Shown here piece by piece: positions 49,629 through 62,148 of a DNA stretch of 64,000 nt (the stretch's first letter is position 1; the number at the start of each line of letters is the position of its first letter). The translations under genes were made by a program, and so were the position numbers. A model generated the notes under the pieces. It saw nothing but the letters and a program-made list of their open reading frames with translations, was not told the origin of the DNA and made no database searches. This DNA is from an uncultured bacterium. GTDB lineage: Bacteria; Omnitrophota; Omnitrophia; Omnitrophales; Aquincolibacteriaceae. The stretch spans positions 2,456-66,455 of the forward strand of contig CAYULU010000003.1 in NCBI GenBank assembly GCA_964445745.1, given 5' to 3'.

Positions 49629-52600
49629 TCAACGGGGTGTGTCTTTTGACGAAACTTCTTCCGTAGCTTTAGCCTTGGATTTTTCCGGATCCGGCAGTAC
49701 ATCCGTCAGATCCTTTCCCATTTCAATATTATGGTGAATTTTAAAACCCGTTCCTGCGGGTACGAGATGTCCCATAATAACGTTTTCTTTTAGACCCTGC
49801 AGAAAATCGCGCTTCCCGGCCGACGCGGCTTCCGTCAGCACACGGGTCGTTTCCTGGAAACTCGCCGCAGAAATAAAACTATCCGTCGTCAGAGATGCCT
49901 TGGTAATTCCGAGTAGAATGGCCGTACCGACAGCCGGCTTCTTGCCTTTCTTTACCATCTTCTCGTTTTCCTCAGCAAATTTTAATTTTTCGACATGAGA
50001 TCCAACCAGAAAATCCGTATCTCCTGGATCTTCAATGCGCACTTTCCGAAGCATTTGACGGACGATAACTTCGACGTGCTTGTCGTTTAGTTTTACTCCC
50101 TGTAGACGATAGACCTCCTGCACTTCGTCAACAAGATAAGCTTGCAGGCTTCGTTCACCGGAAACCCGCAGGATATCTTGCGGAACAACAGGACCATCCA
50201 CAAGTTGCTGACCCGCAAATACCTTGTCCCCCTTATAAACGTTGAGGTGTTTACCGTGGGGAATAAGATATTCTTTGGTCATGCCCGTCGAACTTTTGAC
50301 GATGATCTTTCGTTGCCCCTTCACAACTTCACCAATCTCAACCACACCGTCAATTTCAGAAATAATCGCGGGATTTTTCGGCTTGCGCGCTTCAAAAAGC
50401 TCGGCCACACGAGGAAGACCTCCCGTAATATCACGGGTCTTTGCAATTTTTCTAGGAGTCTTCGCAAGGAGCGTACCCCCGGTCACCTGCTGACCATCCT
50501 TCACGACAACGTGGGCGGCGGTCGGGATCGGATAAAACGCCAGGATTTCCTCATTGGCTCCGACAATCAAAAGCTGAGGATGGTGATCCTCCTTGTGCTC
50601 GATGATGACACGCTCGACCATGCCAGTCGTCGCGTCGATTTCTTCATTCATCGTTACGCCATCTTTGATGTCCTCATATTTTACCTTTCCGGATACTTCC
50701 GTCAAAATCGGAACAGTATACGGATCCCATTTCACAAAAATCTCACCCTTCTTAACCGTCTCACCGTCTTTATAGTGAATAATCGCTCCGGTCGGGATGG
50801 TATAGCGCTCTAACTCACGTCCCGTTGAATCATGTATGGAAAGCTGACCATTACGATTAAGCACCACAATTTCGCCCGTTTTAGTCACAACGGTCTTTAA
50901 ACTGTGATACTGCAACGCACCTTCATTGCGGGACTTATAATAAGATTGTTCGATCACACGCGACGCCGTACCCCCAATGTGGAACGTCCGCATGGTTAAC
51001 TGGGTTCCAGGTTCTCCAATGGACTGCGCTGCGATAATGCCGCTGGCGGTACCAAGCTCAACAAGTTTTCGCGTCGCAAGATCACGGCCATAACACTTTG
51101 CACAAACACCCTTTTGGGCTTCGCAACAAAGAACCGAACGAACCCTGATCTTTTCAATCCCAGCTTCCTCAATCTTGGCAACAATCGCTTCATCAATCAA
51201 ATCACCCGACTTCACAATCACCTGGTCCGTAATCACGTCCACGACGTTATCCAGTGCCACACGACCCAAGATGCGATCCGCCAACGGGACAATAACATCT
51301 TCCCCTTCATAGTACGGTTCCATCACAATCCCGTTCAAAGTGCCACAGTCGTCCAGAGAGATAATAACGTCCTGCGCAACGTCGACAAGACGGCGCGTCA
51401 AATATCCCGAGTCTGCCGTCTTGAGAGCCGTATCCGCCAACCCCTTACGCGCGCCGTGCGTTGAAATAAAATAATCGAGCACGGTCAGTCCTTCTCTGAA
51501 ATTCGCCGTGATAGGGTTTTCGATAATCTCGCCAGACGGTTTTGCCATCAAACCACGCATACCGGCTAACTGACGAATTTGCTGCTTTGAACCACGAGCT
51601 CCCGAATCCGCCATCATAAAAATAGGATTAAAGGGATCCAATTCCTCAAACATAACATCCGAAACACGATCCGTTGCATGCGTCCAGATATCAATAATCT
51701 TATTCTTGCGCTCACCGTCCGTAATAATACCCTGTTTGTACTGGCTCTCGATGGATTTCACTTCCTTATGAGACTCAATAAGAATCGATTCTTTTTTATC
51801 TGGGATCTGAATATCATCAATCCCGATCGAAATTCCTCCGCTGGTCGCCGCATCAAAACCAAGAGATTTGAGCCTGTCAAGAAGATCCACAACAATCGCG
51901 TGTCCGAACTTGTGATAACAGTCCGTAATAATTTTTGAAAGCTTGCCTTTGCTGACAACTTCATTGACGAACCGGAAACCTTTTGGCAAGGCCTCATTTA
52001 GCAAAATACGCCCCATCGTCGTATCAATCACATCGCCGGAATCAAGCTTGATCTTACATTTCGCGTGTTTGTGAATTTGTCTATCCTGAAAAGCGAGGAA
52101 AGCCTCCTGATAACTTCCAAAAAACAATCCTTCCCCTTTTAGGCCTTCACGCATTTTGGTCAGATAATAAATCCCAAGCACAATATCCTGCGTCGGCGTC
52201 ATGATGGGGTTTCCGCTTGCCGGTGAAAAAATATTATTTGCGGAAAGCATCAGGATCCGGGCTTCCATCATCGCCTCCATCGACAGCGGAACGTGAACGG
52301 CCATCTGGTCACCATCAAAGTCGGCGTTGAACGCGGTACACACCAGTGGATGGATTCGAATCGCGTTCCCCTCGATAAGCGTTGGCTCGAAAGCCTGGAT
52401 ACCCAACCTGTGAAGTGTGGGCGCACGATTCAGCATCACCGGGTGTTCATGAATAACTTCCTCGAGAATATCCCAAACTTCAGGTTTTACGCGTTCCACC
52501 ATTTTTTTCGCCGAACGAATGGTGTGCACATGACCGCGCTCCTTAAGCTTACGGATGATAAACGGCTCAAAAAGCTCGAGCGCCATCTTTTTAGGAAGCC

Positions 52601-53675
52601 CACACTGATGCAGTCTGAGTTCCGGACCGATAACAATGACAGAACGGCCTGAATAATCCACGCGTTTTCCTAAAAGATTTTGGCGGAATCGGCCCTGTTT
52701 ACCTTTGAGCATATCACTTAAGGATTTGAGAGGCCGGTTCCCAGCGCCAAGGACAGGGCGACCGTGACGGCCATTATCGAAAAGAGCATCAACGGCTTCT
52801 TGCAACATACGTTTTTCATTCCGGATGATGACATCAGGCGCCTTAAGATCCAGAAGCTTACGAAGACGGTTATTACGATTAATAACCCGTCGATAAAGAT
52901 CGTTCAAGTCACTGGTCGCGAACCGCCCGCCATCGAGCGCCACTAAAGGCCGAAGATCCGGCGGAATCACTGGAATGACCCTCATGATCATCCACTCCGG
53001 CTTATTACCCGACTTGCGAAAAGCCTCGACGATCTTGAGAATTTTTACTGCCCGTGCGCGAGACTGCTTGGATTTCGAAACTTTCACCTGCCGTTGATAT
53101 TTCTGAGTCAACTTATCCAGGTCAATTTCGGAAAGCAACTTTTGAACCGCCTCGGCGCCCATCATGGCATCGAAGGCATCCAGTCCATATTGCTCCTGCG
53201 CTTTATGGAATTCTTCTTCTGTTAAGAGTTGGCGGGCCTTGAGAGGAGTTTGTTTGGGATCGATGACGATGTACTCCTCGTAATAGAGAACCTTTTCAAG
53301 TGCACGAACACTTAAATCAAGAAGATTTCCGATCCGTGACGGCATCGTCTTGAAAAACCAAATATGGGATACAGGCGTTACCAGATCAATATGTCCCATC
53401 CGCTCACGCCGTACGCGAGCCTGCGTCACTTCCACGCCACATCGATCGCAGGTAATCCCTTTGTGCTTAATACGCTTGTACTTACCGCAGGCACACTCAT
53501 AATCTTTTGTAGGCCCAAAAATACGTTCGCAGAAGAGACCGTCTTTTTCGGGCTTGAGCGTTCTGTAGTTGATAGTCTCCGGCTTTCTTACTTCCCCCTT
53601 GGACCATTTTCGGATCGTTTCGGGTGAAGCAACTCGGATCGCAACAGAATCAAAGGTGTTAACGTCGTAGTTCAT
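49629..53675 (-). CDS. rpoC: DNA-directed RNA polymerase subunit beta'
   Basis: 1348 aa with zinc motif [23 protein letters not shown] and catalytic NADFDGDQM. Confidence 0.97.
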   Translation of the reverse strand: MNYDVNTFDSVAIRVASPETIRKWSKGEVRKPETINYRTLKPEKDGLFCERIFGPTKDYECACGKYKRIKHKGITCDRCGVEVTQARVRRERMGHIDLVTPVSHIWFFKTMPSRIGNLLDLSVRALEKVLYYEEYIVIDPKQTPLKARQLLTEEEFHKAQEQYGLDAFDAMMGAEAVQKLLSEIDLDKLTQKYQRQVKVSKSKQSRARAVKILKIVEAFRKSGNKPEWMIMRVIPVIPPDLRPLVALDGGRFATSDLNDLYRRVINRNNRLRKLLDLKAPDVIIRNEKRMLQEAVDALFDNGRHGRPVLGAGNRPLKSLSDMLKGKQGRFRQNLLGKRVDYSGRSVIVIGPELRLHQCGLPKKMALELFEPFIIRKLKERGHVHTIRSAKKMVERVKPEVWDILEEVIHEHPVMLNRAPTLHRLGIQAFEPTLIEGNAIRIHPLVCTAFNADFDGDQMAVHVPLSMEAMMEARILMLSANNIFSPASGNPIMTPTQDIVLGIYYLTKMREGLKGEGLFFGSYQEAFLAFQDRQIHKHAKCKIKLDSGDVIDTTMGRILLNEALPKGFRFVNEVVSKGKLSKIITDCYHKFGHAIVVDLLDRLKSLGFDAATSGGISIGIDDIQIPDKKESILIESHKEVKSIESQYKQGIITDGERKNKIIDIWTHATDRVSDVMFEELDPFNPIFMMADSGARGSKQQIRQLAGMRGLMAKPSGEIIENPITANFREGLTVLDYFISTHGARKGLADTALKTADSGYLTRRLVDVAQDVIISLDDCGTLNGIVMEPYYEGEDVIVPLADRILGRVALDNVVDVITDQVIVKSGDLIDEAIVAKIEEAGIEKIRVRSVLCCEAQKGVCAKCYGRDLATRKLVELGTASGIIAAQSIGEPGTQLTMRTFHIGGTASRVIEQSYYKSRNEGALQYHSLKTVVTKTGEIVVLNRNGQLSIHDSTGRELERYTIPTGAIIHYKDGETVKKGEIFVKWDPYTVPILTEVSGKVKYEDIKDGVTMNEEIDATTGMVERVIIEHKEDHHPQLLIVGANEEILAFYPIPTAAHVVVKDGQQVTGGTLLAKTPRKIAKTRDITGGLPRVAELFEARKPKNPAIISEIDGVVEIGEVVKGQRKIIVKSSTGMTKEYLIPHGKHLNVYKGDKVFAGQQLVDGPVVPQDILRVSGERSLQAYLVDEVQEVYRLQGVKLNDKHVEVIVRQMLRKVRIEDPGDTDFLVGSHVEKLKFAEENEKMVKKGKKPAVGTAILLGITKASLTTDSFISAASFQETTRVLTEAASAGKRDFLQGLKENVIMGHLVPAGTGFKIHHNIEMGKDLTDVLPDPEKSKAKATEEVSSKDTPR

Positions 53676-56600
53676 ACTTTCAGCTTCTCCTTAGCCTCTT
53701 CTTTAGCATCGAATTCGGCTTTGGTTTCCGTCTTAGAAAACTTGGCGCCTCCGGCCCGCTCTGGAACAATATCCAGACCCAGCGCCTGAAGCTCTTTAAC
53801 AAGCACGTTAAAGGATTCCGGTGTCCCCGCATGCAGTGCAGGCTCACCTTTCACAATGGCTTCATAAACCCTTGTACGGCCAACCACATCATCTGATTTG
53901 ACAGTTAACAACTCCTGGAGCGTAAACGCGGCACCATAAGCCTCGAGCGCCCACACTTCCATTTCTCCAAAACGTTGGCCGCCAAATTGCGCTTTTCCAC
54001 CCAACGGTTGCTGGGTCACAAGCGAATACGGCCCGATCGAGCGGGCATGAATTTTGTCATCTGCCAAATGTGCCAGTTTCAGCATGTAAATATAACCCAC
54101 GGTCACCTTACTATCAAAGGGATCACCGGTACGGCCATCCATCAACGTCACTTTTCCGTCCAGCGGAAGGTTCGCCTCTTTCATCATCGCTTTAATCTCT
54201 TCTTCAGTCGCGCCTGAAAACACCGGCGTTTCCACATGCAAACCGAGCGCCTTTGCGGCCCACCCAAGGTGGGTTTCAAGAATTTGCCCAACGTTCATAC
54301 GGGAAGGTACACCAAGCGGGTTTAAAATAATGTCCACCGAGGTTCCGTCATCCATAAATGGCATATCTTCTTCGGGAAGGATTTTTGCAATCACACCTTT
54401 GTTTCCGTGACGACCTGCCATTTTGTCTCCAACCGATATCTTGCGCTTCGAGCAGACATAGACCACGACCTTTTTAATCACACCTGGAGGAAGCTCATCC
54501 CCTTTTTTGACCCGGTCAATTTCGCGGGTCCGTTCCGCTACAAGCTCATCAATTTCATCGCCCCAGACACGCGCAATTTTCTTGATACTTTCCTCAAGAT
54601 CAGGATCGTCGTCAATCCGAAGAGAATCCCAGTCGCAACTTTCAAGCTTCTTAAGGTCACCTTTCGTGATGACATGACCGGCCTTAATAAGCACTTCACC
54701 TAAAATATCGTCCAAAAGATCCTCAGAAAGTTTTTTTCCGATCACCATATCCGAGACTTTGTTCAACCTTTCGCGTTTTAGCAATTCAATGCGATCGGTA
54801 TATCGCTCTTTAATCTCGTTAATGTCTTTATTTTCTTGTTTCCGCTCTTCCTTAGTCTTTGCTGCAGATTCCTTACGGGCAAATACTTTGACGTCAACCA
54901 CAATCCCCTCCACCCCCGGAGGAACCGTCAAGGAGGCGTCACGGACATCACCTGCTTTTTCACCAAAAATCGCCCGGAGTAATTTTTCTTCCGGAGACAG
55001 TTCAATCTCGGATTTAGGTGTAATTTTGCCGACGAGAATATCACCAGGCTTCACTTCCGCCCCGATTCTCACAATTCCTTCTTCATCGAGATCTTTCAGA
55101 GATTCTTCGCTAACATTCGGAATGTCCCGGGTAATCTCTTCATTACCCAACTTCGTGTCCCGAGCTTCGATGTCAAATTCTTCAATATGGAGCGAGGTAT
55201 AAGTGTCCTGCTTGCAAAGTTTTTCACTGACGATGATCGCGTCTTCAAAGTTGTAACCTCGCCATGGCATAAATGCCACCAGGACGTTACGTCCAAGCGC
55301 CAAGTCACCGCCCTGTGTTCCGGCGCCATCTGCGATCAAATCACCACGCTTAACTTTATCTCCAATCTGGACAAGAGGCCGCTGATTAATACAAGTGCCG
55401 GCATTGGAGCGTTTAAACTTTTTGAGCTTGTACACAAAATCATCGATGACAATTTCCTCAGAAGAAACAGCGGTAACGGTCCCCCGTGACTTAGCCGCAA
55501 GTACTGCACCTGAATCTTTCGCAACATGCCTTTCCATACCCGTACCAACTAGGGGTGCCTCAGTGGTGAGAAGAGGCACTGCCTGTCGTTGCATGTTGGA
55601 CCCCATAAGAGCCCGGTTCGCGTCATCATGCTCAAGAAACGGGATAAGAGCCGCCGCCACCGAAACAATCTGTCTCGGAGAAACGTCCATGTAATCAATT
55701 TCTTCGGGCTTTTTCTTGGGGAAATCGCCACGGAACCGGCAAGAAGTTTGATCACTCAAAAATCGACCCGACTTATCAACGGGTGCATTGGCCTGCGCGA
55801 TCACATACTTGTCTTCTTCATCGGCCGTCAAAAAATCAATTTTTTCGGTGACCCGGCCGTTGACTACTTTTCGATAAGGGCTCTCAAGAAAACCGATGTC
55901 ATTGACGCGGGCAAAAGTACTCAAGGACGCAATCAGACCGATGTTCGGACCTTCCGGCGTTTCGATTGGACAAACGCGACCATAATGCGACGGATGAACG
56001 TCGCGGACTTCAAAACCCGCACGTTCGCGAGAAAGTCCACCGGGCCCCAATGCAGAAAGGCGTCGCTTATGGGTCAACTCAGCCAACGGATTCGTTTGAT
56101 CCATAAACTGTGAAAGCTGACTGCGGCCAAAGAAATCTTTAATCGCCGCCGAAATTAATTTGGGGTTGATCAGATTATGCGGCATCGCAGCATCCAGATC
56201 ATAAATCGACATGCGCTCAACGCATGATCGCTTCATGCGGGCCAATCCGACCCGAAACTGATTTTGAAGAAGCTCACCCACGGAACGGACACGACGATTC
56301 CCAAGGTGGTCAATATCGTCAACGCGAACATCGCCCGCGCGGAGCTTGAGCAGCATCCCGACCACCTTGATCACATCATCCCGACGCAACGTAGTTTGTT
56401 TCATCTCCTGTTCGAGACCCAATTTCTTATTGAGCATAAAACGCCCCACCACTCCAAGGTCATAGCGCTGTTGATCAAAGAAAAGCTTTTGGATCAGATC
56501 TTTCGCGCTTGCTTCGGTTGGCGGATCGCCCGGGCGGATTCGACGATAAATCGCCATTTGCGCATCGATTGAATTTCGATAAGGGTCTCTTTCAATTGTA

Positions 56601-57451
56601 TTAATCAAACAAAGATCATCTTTGGTAACTCGGGCAATCGAAAACGATGTGACATTATTAGCAAGCAGCAACTCGATATTTTCTTTCGAAAGTTTACTTC
56701 CAGCGAGAAGAATCGGCTCCTTAGACTGGGGGTGCAAAATATCCTCAGCCAGGTATTCATTTTCGATATCCTTAAGCGTTGACTTTTCAACGCTTTTAAC
56801 TTTTTCAACAGGATAAAGTTCCTTGAGAATATCGTAAGTTGAGGAATATCCGAGGGCGCGCAAAAGCGCCGTCGCAAGGATTTTGCGTCGGCGATCAATA
56901 TAGGCATAGAGGACATCATTAACATCCGATTCGAACTCGAGCCACGCACCGCGATAAGGAATGATCCGAACCGAATAAATTCGTTTACCGCTCGGATGAA
57001 TCGCTTCTTCCAAGGAGGCTCCGGGAGAGCGATGCAATTGGCTCACAATCACGCGTTCAGCGCCGTTAATGATAAACGTACCCGTTTCAGTCATGAGCGG
57101 GAGCTCACCAATGTAAACTTCCTGTTCCTTGGCTACACCTTTTCGGACTAAACGCAGTTTGACCTTCATCGGAGCCGCATAAGTCATACCCCGTTTTTGG
57201 CATTCCACGATGGAATATTTGGGTTTACCAAGCGTGTACCCCTCGTATTCAAGGCGACAGGTCCCATCAAAACTTTCGATCGGAAAACAATCCGCGAACG
57301 CTGATTCCAGACCCTGTCGTTTACGCCGGCGGCCACTACGATTTGACTGCAGAAACTCCTCGTAAGACTGAATCTGGATCTCAACCAGATTCGGAAGTTC
57401 CATGGTGTCCTGAATTTTGGTAAAACTTTTCCTCTTTATCAAAGGCATCAT
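53672..57451 (-). CDS. rpoB: DNA-directed RNA polymerase subunit beta
   Basis: 1259 aa with [25 protein letters not shown] (rif region) and [12 protein letters not shown] overlap with rpoC. Confidence 0.97.
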   Translation of the reverse strand: MMPLIKRKSFTKIQDTMELPNLVEIQIQSYEEFLQSNRSGRRRKRQGLESAFADCFPIESFDGTCRLEYEGYTLGKPKYSIVECQKRGMTYAAPMKVKLRLVRKGVAKEQEVYIGELPLMTETGTFIINGAERVIVSQLHRSPGASLEEAIHPSGKRIYSVRIIPYRGAWLEFESDVNDVLYAYIDRRRKILATALLRALGYSSTYDILKELYPVEKVKSVEKSTLKDIENEYLAEDILHPQSKEPILLAGSKLSKENIELLLANNVTSFSIARVTKDDLCLINTIERDPYRNSIDAQMAIYRRIRPGDPPTEASAKDLIQKLFFDQQRYDLGVVGRFMLNKKLGLEQEMKQTTLRRDDVIKVVGMLLKLRAGDVRVDDIDHLGNRRVRSVGELLQNQFRVGLARMKRSCVERMSIYDLDAAMPHNLINPKLISAAIKDFFGRSQLSQFMDQTNPLAELTHKRRLSALGPGGLSRERAGFEVRDVHPSHYGRVCPIETPEGPNIGLIASLSTFARVNDIGFLESPYRKVVNGRVTEKIDFLTADEEDKYVIAQANAPVDKSGRFLSDQTSCRFRGDFPKKKPEEIDYMDVSPRQIVSVAAALIPFLEHDDANRALMGSNMQRQAVPLLTTEAPLVGTGMERHVAKDSGAVLAAKSRGTVTAVSSEEIVIDDFVYKLKKFKRSNAGTCINQRPLVQIGDKVKRGDLIADGAGTQGGDLALGRNVLVAFMPWRGYNFEDAIIVSEKLCKQDTYTSLHIEEFDIEARDTKLGNEEITRDIPNVSEESLKDLDEEGIVRIGAEVKPGDILVGKITPKSEIELSPEEKLLRAIFGEKAGDVRDASLTVPPGVEGIVVDVKVFARKESAAKTKEERKQENKDINEIKERYTDRIELLKRERLNKVSDMVIGKKLSEDLLDDILGEVLIKAGHVITKGDLKKLESCDWDSLRIDDDPDLEESIKKIARVWGDEIDELVAERTREIDRVKKGDELPPGVIKKVVVYVCSKRKISVGDKMAGRHGNKGVIAKILPEEDMPFMDDGTSVDIILNPLGVPSRMNVGQILETHLGWAAKALGLHVETPVFSGATEEEIKAMMKEANLPLDGKVTLMDGRTGDPFDSKVTVGYIYMLKLAHLADDKIHARSIGPYSLVTQQPLGGKAQFGGQRFGEMEVWALEAYGAAFTLQELLTVKSDDVVGRTRVYEAIVKGEPALHAGTPESFNVLVKELQALGLDIVPERAGGAKFSKTETKAEFDAKEEAKEKLKV

Positions 57452-57498
57452 TAGATGAATGCCCTCCTTAGAATGGTGTAACCTGAACAGAAAGGTGC

Positions 57499-57912
57499 TT
57501 ACTTGATTTCAACCTTGGCGCCCTGCGCTTCGAGAAGCTTCTTGATCTTGTCAGCTTCTTCCTTGGTCGCCCCTTCCTTGATGGTCTTCGGCGCACCTTC
57601 AACAAGATCCTTGGCTTCTTTCAAGCCGAGGCTCGTCACGGTACGAATTTCTTTAATCACATTGATTTTCTTGTCTCCCGAACTTGCCAAAACAACGGTA
57701 AAAGAGGTCTGTTCTTCAGCAGGAGCTGCACCCGCCGCGCCAGCTCCCGGCATCGCCATCGCCATGGGAACAGCCGCTGCAGCACTGACGCCGAATTTTT
57801 CCTCGAGCGCTTTCACAAGATCCGCAAGTTCAAGAACCGTCAAAGTCTCGATAGACGTCAAAATGCCCTGGAGTTTTTCAGAAATTTGTTTTGTTTCAGT
57901 TGCTTCCGTCAT
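57499..57912 (-). CDS. rplL: 50S ribosomal protein L7/L12
   Basis: 137 aa with an Ala-rich hinge and [21 protein letters not shown]. Confidence 0.95.
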   Translation of the reverse strand: MTEATETKQISEKLQGILTSIETLTVLELADLVKALEEKFGVSAAAAVPMAMAMPGAGAAGAAPAEEQTSFTVVLASSGDKKINVIKEIRTVTSLGLKEAKDLVEGAPKTIKEGATKEEADKIKKLLEAQGAKVEIK

Positions 57913-57957
57913 GATGTGTTGCCTCCTTGATTGTTTACCCTTGAATAAAAACTGTGG

Positions 57958-58494
57958 TTACGATGTAGCGCCTTCGGCCGCTTCCCGTTTCTTTTTTATC
58001 TCACCAAGCGCCACGACAAGATTTCGGGTGAGACCGCCCAAAACATTGACTAAACCGGCCAAGGGCGATTTGACCCGGATGACGACTTGCGTCATAAGTT
58101 CTTTACGACTTGGAAGTGTGGCAAGTTGCTTTACGAAATCTTCGCCGTGAACCTGACCTTCAAAAATGACTCCGCTAGCTTTCCACTTATTATTCGCTTT
58201 CCCAAAATCAACAATTTTTTTCGAAATATCCTGCGGATCTTTTTCGCCGAACGTCACAATGACCGAACCCGTCAAAAACTTCTCAGCAGTTGGCACTTTC
58301 AGCTTTTCAAAAAGCTTTCTCGCCATGGAATGCTTTATAACGAGAGACCGCCTCGAAACTTTCTCCAGATTTTTTCGAACTTCGGAAATTTCAGAAACTG
58401 AAATATTTTGAAAATTTGAAAAAAACGCGTAAGGGCTTTTTTCAAACTCTTTCACAATTTCTTGAAACATTAATTCTTTTTCGAATGATGGCAT
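57958..58494 (-). CDS. rplJ: 50S ribosomal protein L10
   Basis: MPSFEKELMFQEIVKEF... ATG at 58494 lies 4 nt after the rplA stop; the ORF-track start at 58536 overlaps rplA. Confidence 0.92.
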   Translation of the reverse strand: MPSFEKELMFQEIVKEFEKSPYAFFSNFQNISVSEISEVRKNLEKVSRRSLVIKHSMARKLFEKLKVPTAEKFLTGSVIVTFGEKDPQDISKKIVDFGKANNKWKASGVIFEGQVHGEDFVKQLATLPSRKELMTQVVIRVKSPLAGLVNVLGGLTRNLVVALGEIKKKREAAEGATS

Positions 58495-58498
58495 CGAA

Positions 58499-59188
58499 TT
58501 ACAGCGCTCCTGTACTAAGCTTGATCCCAGGCCCATGAGTCGCCGAGATCGTCACACTCCTGAGATATTCACCCTTACTGATTTGAGGCTTTGCATCGCG
58601 TACCGCTTTAATCACCACGCGAGCATTTTCAAGAATCGCTTCCTCGCTAAATGACAGTTTTCCGCATACCGCGTGAAGCCCTGCCGTCTTATCACTTTTA
58701 AATTCAATACGTCCTGCCTTTACCTCTTTAACCGCTTTCGCAATCTGCGGCGTCACTGTTCCGGTCTTGGGTGTCGGCATCAATCCCTTCGGTCCAAGAA
58801 CACGACCGAGTTTACTCACCTCACGCATCATATCGGGATGGGCTACCACAACGTCAAAATCGAGAAAACCGTTTTTCACTTTTTCAACAAGATCTTCCCC
58901 ACCGACAATATCAGCGCCAGCTTCTTCCGCGTCCTTGACGGTTTCGCCTTTCGTGAAACAAATAACCCGAACCGAGCGGCCGCTTCCGTGAGGAAGACTT
59001 ACCGTTCCGCGAACGTTTTCGTCGCCCGCCTCAGCCTTAATTCCGAGCTGAAAATTGAGCGAAATAGTTTCATCGGATTTACCCGGTTCCACTTTTTTCA
59101 AAATCTTCACAGCTTCCGGCAGCGAATACGCCTTCTCAAGATCAACCAGACTTGCTTTTTTTTGATATCGTTTACTTCTCATCATCAA
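58499..59188 (-). CDS. rplA: 50S ribosomal protein L1
   Basis: 229 aa, ...ETISLNFQLGI...GTVSLPHG... Confidence 0.95.
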   Translation of the reverse strand: MMMRSKRYQKKASLVDLEKAYSLPEAVKILKKVEPGKSDETISLNFQLGIKAEAGDENVRGTVSLPHGSGRSVRVICFTKGETVKDAEEAGADIVGGEDLVEKVKNGFLDFDVVVAHPDMMREVSKLGRVLGPKGLMPTPKTGTVTPQIAKAVKEVKAGRIEFKSDKTAGLHAVCGKLSFSEEAILENARVVIKAVRDAKPQISKGEYLRSVTISATHGPGIKLSTGAL

Positions 59189-59193
59189 TTCCT

Positions 59194-59619
59194 TTATTTA
59201 AGAACTTCAATCCCCATACTGCGGGCCACGCCTTCGACAATCTTCACGGCGCTTTCAACTTTGTTTGTGTTCAGATCGGGCATCTTGGTTTTGGCAATTT
59301 CAATCGCCTGTTCCCGGGTAAGTTTCCCGATAATCTGACGCCCCGGCTCTGAAGAAGCCTTAGCTAACCCCACCGCTTTTTTAATCGCCGCCGAAATCGG
59401 AGGGTTTTTCAAAATAAACGTAAAAGACTTATCTTTATAAACCGTTAACAGCACCGGAAGAATTGTCCCTGGCCTGTCTTTCGTTCGCTCATTAAACTGT
59501 TTACAAAACTCCATAATGTTCACGCCATGTTGACCCAGCGCAGGACCAATTGGCGGCGCAGGATTTGCCTGCCCACCGGGGATCTGTAACTTGATTTTCA
59601 CCTGAATTTCTTTAGCCAT
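59194..59619 (-). CDS. rplK: 50S ribosomal protein L11
   Basis: 141 aa, [32 protein letters not shown]. Confidence 0.96.
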   Translation of the reverse strand: MAKEIQVKIKLQIPGGQANPAPPIGPALGQHGVNIMEFCKQFNERTKDRPGTILPVLLTVYKDKSFTFILKNPPISAAIKKAVGLAKASSEPGRQIIGKLTREQAIEIAKTKMPDLNTNKVESAVKIVEGVARSMGIEVLK

Positions 59620-59622
59620 TTT

Positions 59623-60156
59623 TTAAACCTTTTCGACTTGCCAATATTCTAGTTCAACGGGTGTCGGCCGGCCAAATATGGTGACCGTAACGCGCAGCTT
59701 CCCGCGATCCGGATTAATTTGTTCAATAACTCCGTTAAAATTTGCGAAAGAACCCTCTTTAACACGAACGCTTTCTCCCTCGGAAAACTCAACTTTAGGC
59801 TTCGGCTTCGTCATCTTCTCTTCCTGTTCCTCGATGATCGCTCCGACTTCCCTCTCTGAAAGCGGGAGAGGCTTTTTGCCTGATCCAACAAACCCGGAAA
59901 TTCCCGGGGTGTTTTTTACAAGATACCAGCTTTCGTCAGTCAGCTCCATCTTGACGAGGATGTACCCGGGAAAGAACTTTCTTTCGCTGATTCTTTTTTT
60001 CCCAGCCTTCACTTCACTGACTTTTTCGGTAGGAATTAGCACATCATGAATGTAATGTGAAAGTCCCTCGGTTTCTGCTCGGCTGATGAGACTGGACCGT
60101 GCTTTTGACTCAACGCCCGTCTGCGTATGTATGACGTACCACTTTACATCTGCCAT
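59623..60156 (-). CDS. nusG: Transcription termination/antitermination factor NusG
   Basis: 177 aa, KWYVIHTQTGVESKA (NGN) and a C-terminal KOW (VRVKEGSFANFNGVI). Confidence 0.94.
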   Translation of the reverse strand: MADVKWYVIHTQTGVESKARSSLISRAETEGLSHYIHDVLIPTEKVSEVKAGKKRISERKFFPGYILVKMELTDESWYLVKNTPGISGFVGSGKKPLPLSEREVGAIIEEQEEKMTKPKPKVEFSEGESVRVKEGSFANFNGVIEQINPDRGKLRVTVTIFGRPTPVELEYWQVEKV

Positions 60157-60160
60157 AAGA

Positions 60161-60346
60161 TCAACCGATCAACAGCCGAATTAAATTCGAAATGAAAAAA
60201 TCACAGACGGCAATAAAGAAGGCTGTAATAAACGTTGCGACAATCACCACGACTGTGGCCTGCCAAAGCTCATTCCACGTAGGCCACGTGACTTTAGCTA
60301 GTTCTTCTTTCGTCTGATGTAAAAAATTTCCCGTTTTTTGAAACAT
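60161..60346 (-). CDS. secE: Preprotein translocase subunit SecE
   Basis: 61 aa from ATG 60346: MFQKTGNFLHQTKEELAKVTWPTWNELWQATVVVIVATF... The longer ORF-track form (to 60436) would overlap tRNA-Trp. Confidence 0.88.
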   Translation of the reverse strand: MFQKTGNFLHQTKEELAKVTWPTWNELWQATVVVIVATFITAFFIAVCDFFISNLIRLLIG

Positions 60347-60378
60347 ATAAAGCTTATATCCCTTTTTTTTGATGACCG

Positions 60379-60452
60379 CAGGCCTGGCAGGACTCGAACC
60401 TGCAACATGCGGTTTTGGAGACCGCCGCTCTACCAATTGGAGCTACAGGCCT
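60379..60452 (-). tRNA. tRNA-Trp (anticodon CCA)
   Basis: Hand-folded 74-nt cloverleaf: AGGCCTG/CAGGCCT acceptor, GCTC/GAGC D-stem, anticodon loop CTCCAAA, T-arm GCAGG-TTCGAGT-CCTGC. 3' CCA is not encoded. Confidence 0.9.
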
Positions 60453-60618
60453 TTATCCCGTTAGAAGCTTTAAACTTCCGATTGAAGGACAATTTCTTTA
60501 CCCTCAATATGTCACAAGTCTTAAACTGCTTTTAGGCATTGAACAAACGGACATGAGCCAAATACATGATGGCCCATACATCTTACAAACAAGACCGGCA
60601 AAGCCGATTCAAAAACTT

Positions 60619-60768
60619 TTACTTTTTCTCTTTAAAAAGAACATGTTTACGACAACTCGGACAATATTTTTTCCTCTCGAGTTTGTCGGGGTTCTTTTTT
60701 TTATTTTTTCTCGTCCAATAGGTCTGCTTGCAATCGCAAGTAGAGACTAGGGAAATAATCTCCTGCAT
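60619..60768 (-). CDS. rpmG: 50S ribosomal protein L33 (zinc-binding form)
   Basis: Own translation (below ORF-track cutoff): [49 protein letters not shown]. Confidence 0.88.
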   Translation of the reverse strand: MQEIISLVSTCDCKQTYWTRKNKKKNPDKLERKKYCPSCRKHVLFKEKK

Positions 60769-60855
60769 CTGAAATAAAACCTTTTCCTTTGGTCAAAAAA
60801 TATGTTATGGGCTCAACACAGGTATAGGAATTTCAGGGGCGCCACTAAACACCCT

Positions 60856-60886
60856 AAAAATCGCTGAAGATTCGCCTGAACTTCGC
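60856..60886 (-). terminator. Candidate intrinsic terminator/attenuator between tuf and rpmG
   Basis: Minus strand GCGAAG-ttcaggcgaat-CTTC(a)GC followed by GATTTTT. Confidence 0.45.
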
Positions 60887-60893
60887 TGAAAAT
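60861..60893 (-). repeat. Three tandem 11-nt units (plus strand TCGCTGAAGAT / TCGCCTGAACT / TCGCTGAAAAT)
   Basis: Read directly from the sequence; units start at 60861, 60872 and 60883. Overlaps the terminator hairpin. Confidence 0.8.
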
Positions 60894-60910
60894 ACGGGAT
60901 TAACGAGACG

Positions 60911-62110
60911 TTAAGCGATAATCTCGCTGACCACACCTGCACCAACCGTTTTACCACCCTCACGGATAGCAAACCGGAGTTCTTTTTCCATGGCAACCGG
61001 TGTAATCAGTTCCGCTTCAACCGCGACATTGTCACCCGGCATTACCATTTCTACGCCAGCCGGCAACGTCACGATACCCGTCACGTCTGTGGTGCGGAAG
61101 TAAAACTGCGGCCGATACCCCTTGAAGAACGGAGTATGACGTCCTCCCTCTTCCTTGCTTAAAATATAGACTTGCGCTTTAAATTTCTTGTGAGGTGTTA
61201 CGCTTCCCGGTTTAGCGATAACCATCCCACGCTCAAGCTGTTCCTTTTCAATACCGCGAAGGAGAAGCCCGACGTTATCTCCGGCACGGCCTTCATCAAG
61301 GAGCTTTCGAAACATCTCAACTCCCGTGACTACGGACTTCATGGAAGCTTCTTTGAGTCCAATAATCTCAACTTCATCGTTAACCTTGATGATTCCGCGC
61401 TCAATCCTACCCGTCCCCACGGTGCCGCGACCAGAAATCGAAAATACGTCCTCAACAGGCATCAAAAACGGTTTTTCAATATCCCGCTTCGGCTCGGGAA
61501 TAAAATCATCCAACGCCTTCACAAGATCCATAATACACTGAGATGCTTTTTCATCCGTCGGATTTTGCGCTGCTGGCAAACTCGAACCACGAATAATCGG
61601 GGTTGTATCTCCCGGGAAATCGTACTTTTTCAGAAGATCACGAACCTCAAGCTCAACAAGATCAAGAAGCTCAGAATCATCAACGAGGTCACATTTATTC
61701 AAAAAAACCACAATCGCGGGGACGCCAACCTGGCGGGCGAGCAAAATGTGCTCACGGGTCTGGGGCATTGGGCCATCCGCTGCAGAAACGACGAGAATGG
61801 CACCGTCCATCTGAGCCGCACCCGTGATCATGTTTTTAATGTAGTCCGCATGGCCAGGGCAGTCAACGTGCGCATAATGACGCTTATCAGACTCATATTC
61901 AACGTGCGAAACCGCGATCGTCAAAATCTTGGAATCATCACGAACCGTCCCACCCTTAGCAATATCCGAATACTCACGAACGGTCGCCATGCCCTTAGCC
62001 GCGAGAACTTTCGTCATGGCGCAAGTGAGGGTTGTCTTTCCATGGTCAACGTGACCAATGGTGCCAACGTTTACGTGCGGTTTTGTACGCTTGAATTGTT
62101 CTTTTGCCAT
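60911..62110 (-). CDS. tuf: Elongation factor Tu
   Basis: 399 aa, [23 protein letters not shown]. Confidence 0.97.
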   Translation of the reverse strand: MAKEQFKRTKPHVNVGTIGHVDHGKTTLTCAMTKVLAAKGMATVREYSDIAKGGTVRDDSKILTIAVSHVEYESDKRHYAHVDCPGHADYIKNMITGAAQMDGAILVVSAADGPMPQTREHILLARQVGVPAIVVFLNKCDLVDDSELLDLVELEVRDLLKKYDFPGDTTPIIRGSSLPAAQNPTDEKASQCIMDLVKALDDFIPEPKRDIEKPFLMPVEDVFSISGRGTVGTGRIERGIIKVNDEVEIIGLKEASMKSVVTGVEMFRKLLDEGRAGDNVGLLLRGIEKEQLERGMVIAKPGSVTPHKKFKAQVYILSKEEGGRHTPFFKGYRPQFYFRTTDVTGIVTLPAGVEMVMPGDNVAVEAELITPVAMEKELRFAIREGGKTVGAGVVSEIIA

Positions 62111-62148
62111 GGCCGACTCTCCTTAAAATTGGTTTTCAATTTTATCTC

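Noticed and set aside
60347-60436. N-terminal extension of secE in the ORF track (MVERRSPKPHVAGSSPARP...)
   Set aside because: The extension is the reverse-strand reading of tRNA-Trp. The ATG at 60346 gives a normal 61-aa SecE. For the same reason I trimmed the upstream extensions of eno, rsmA, rpoA, rplR, rplE, rplN, rpsJ, rplJ, rplF and the surA-like gene.
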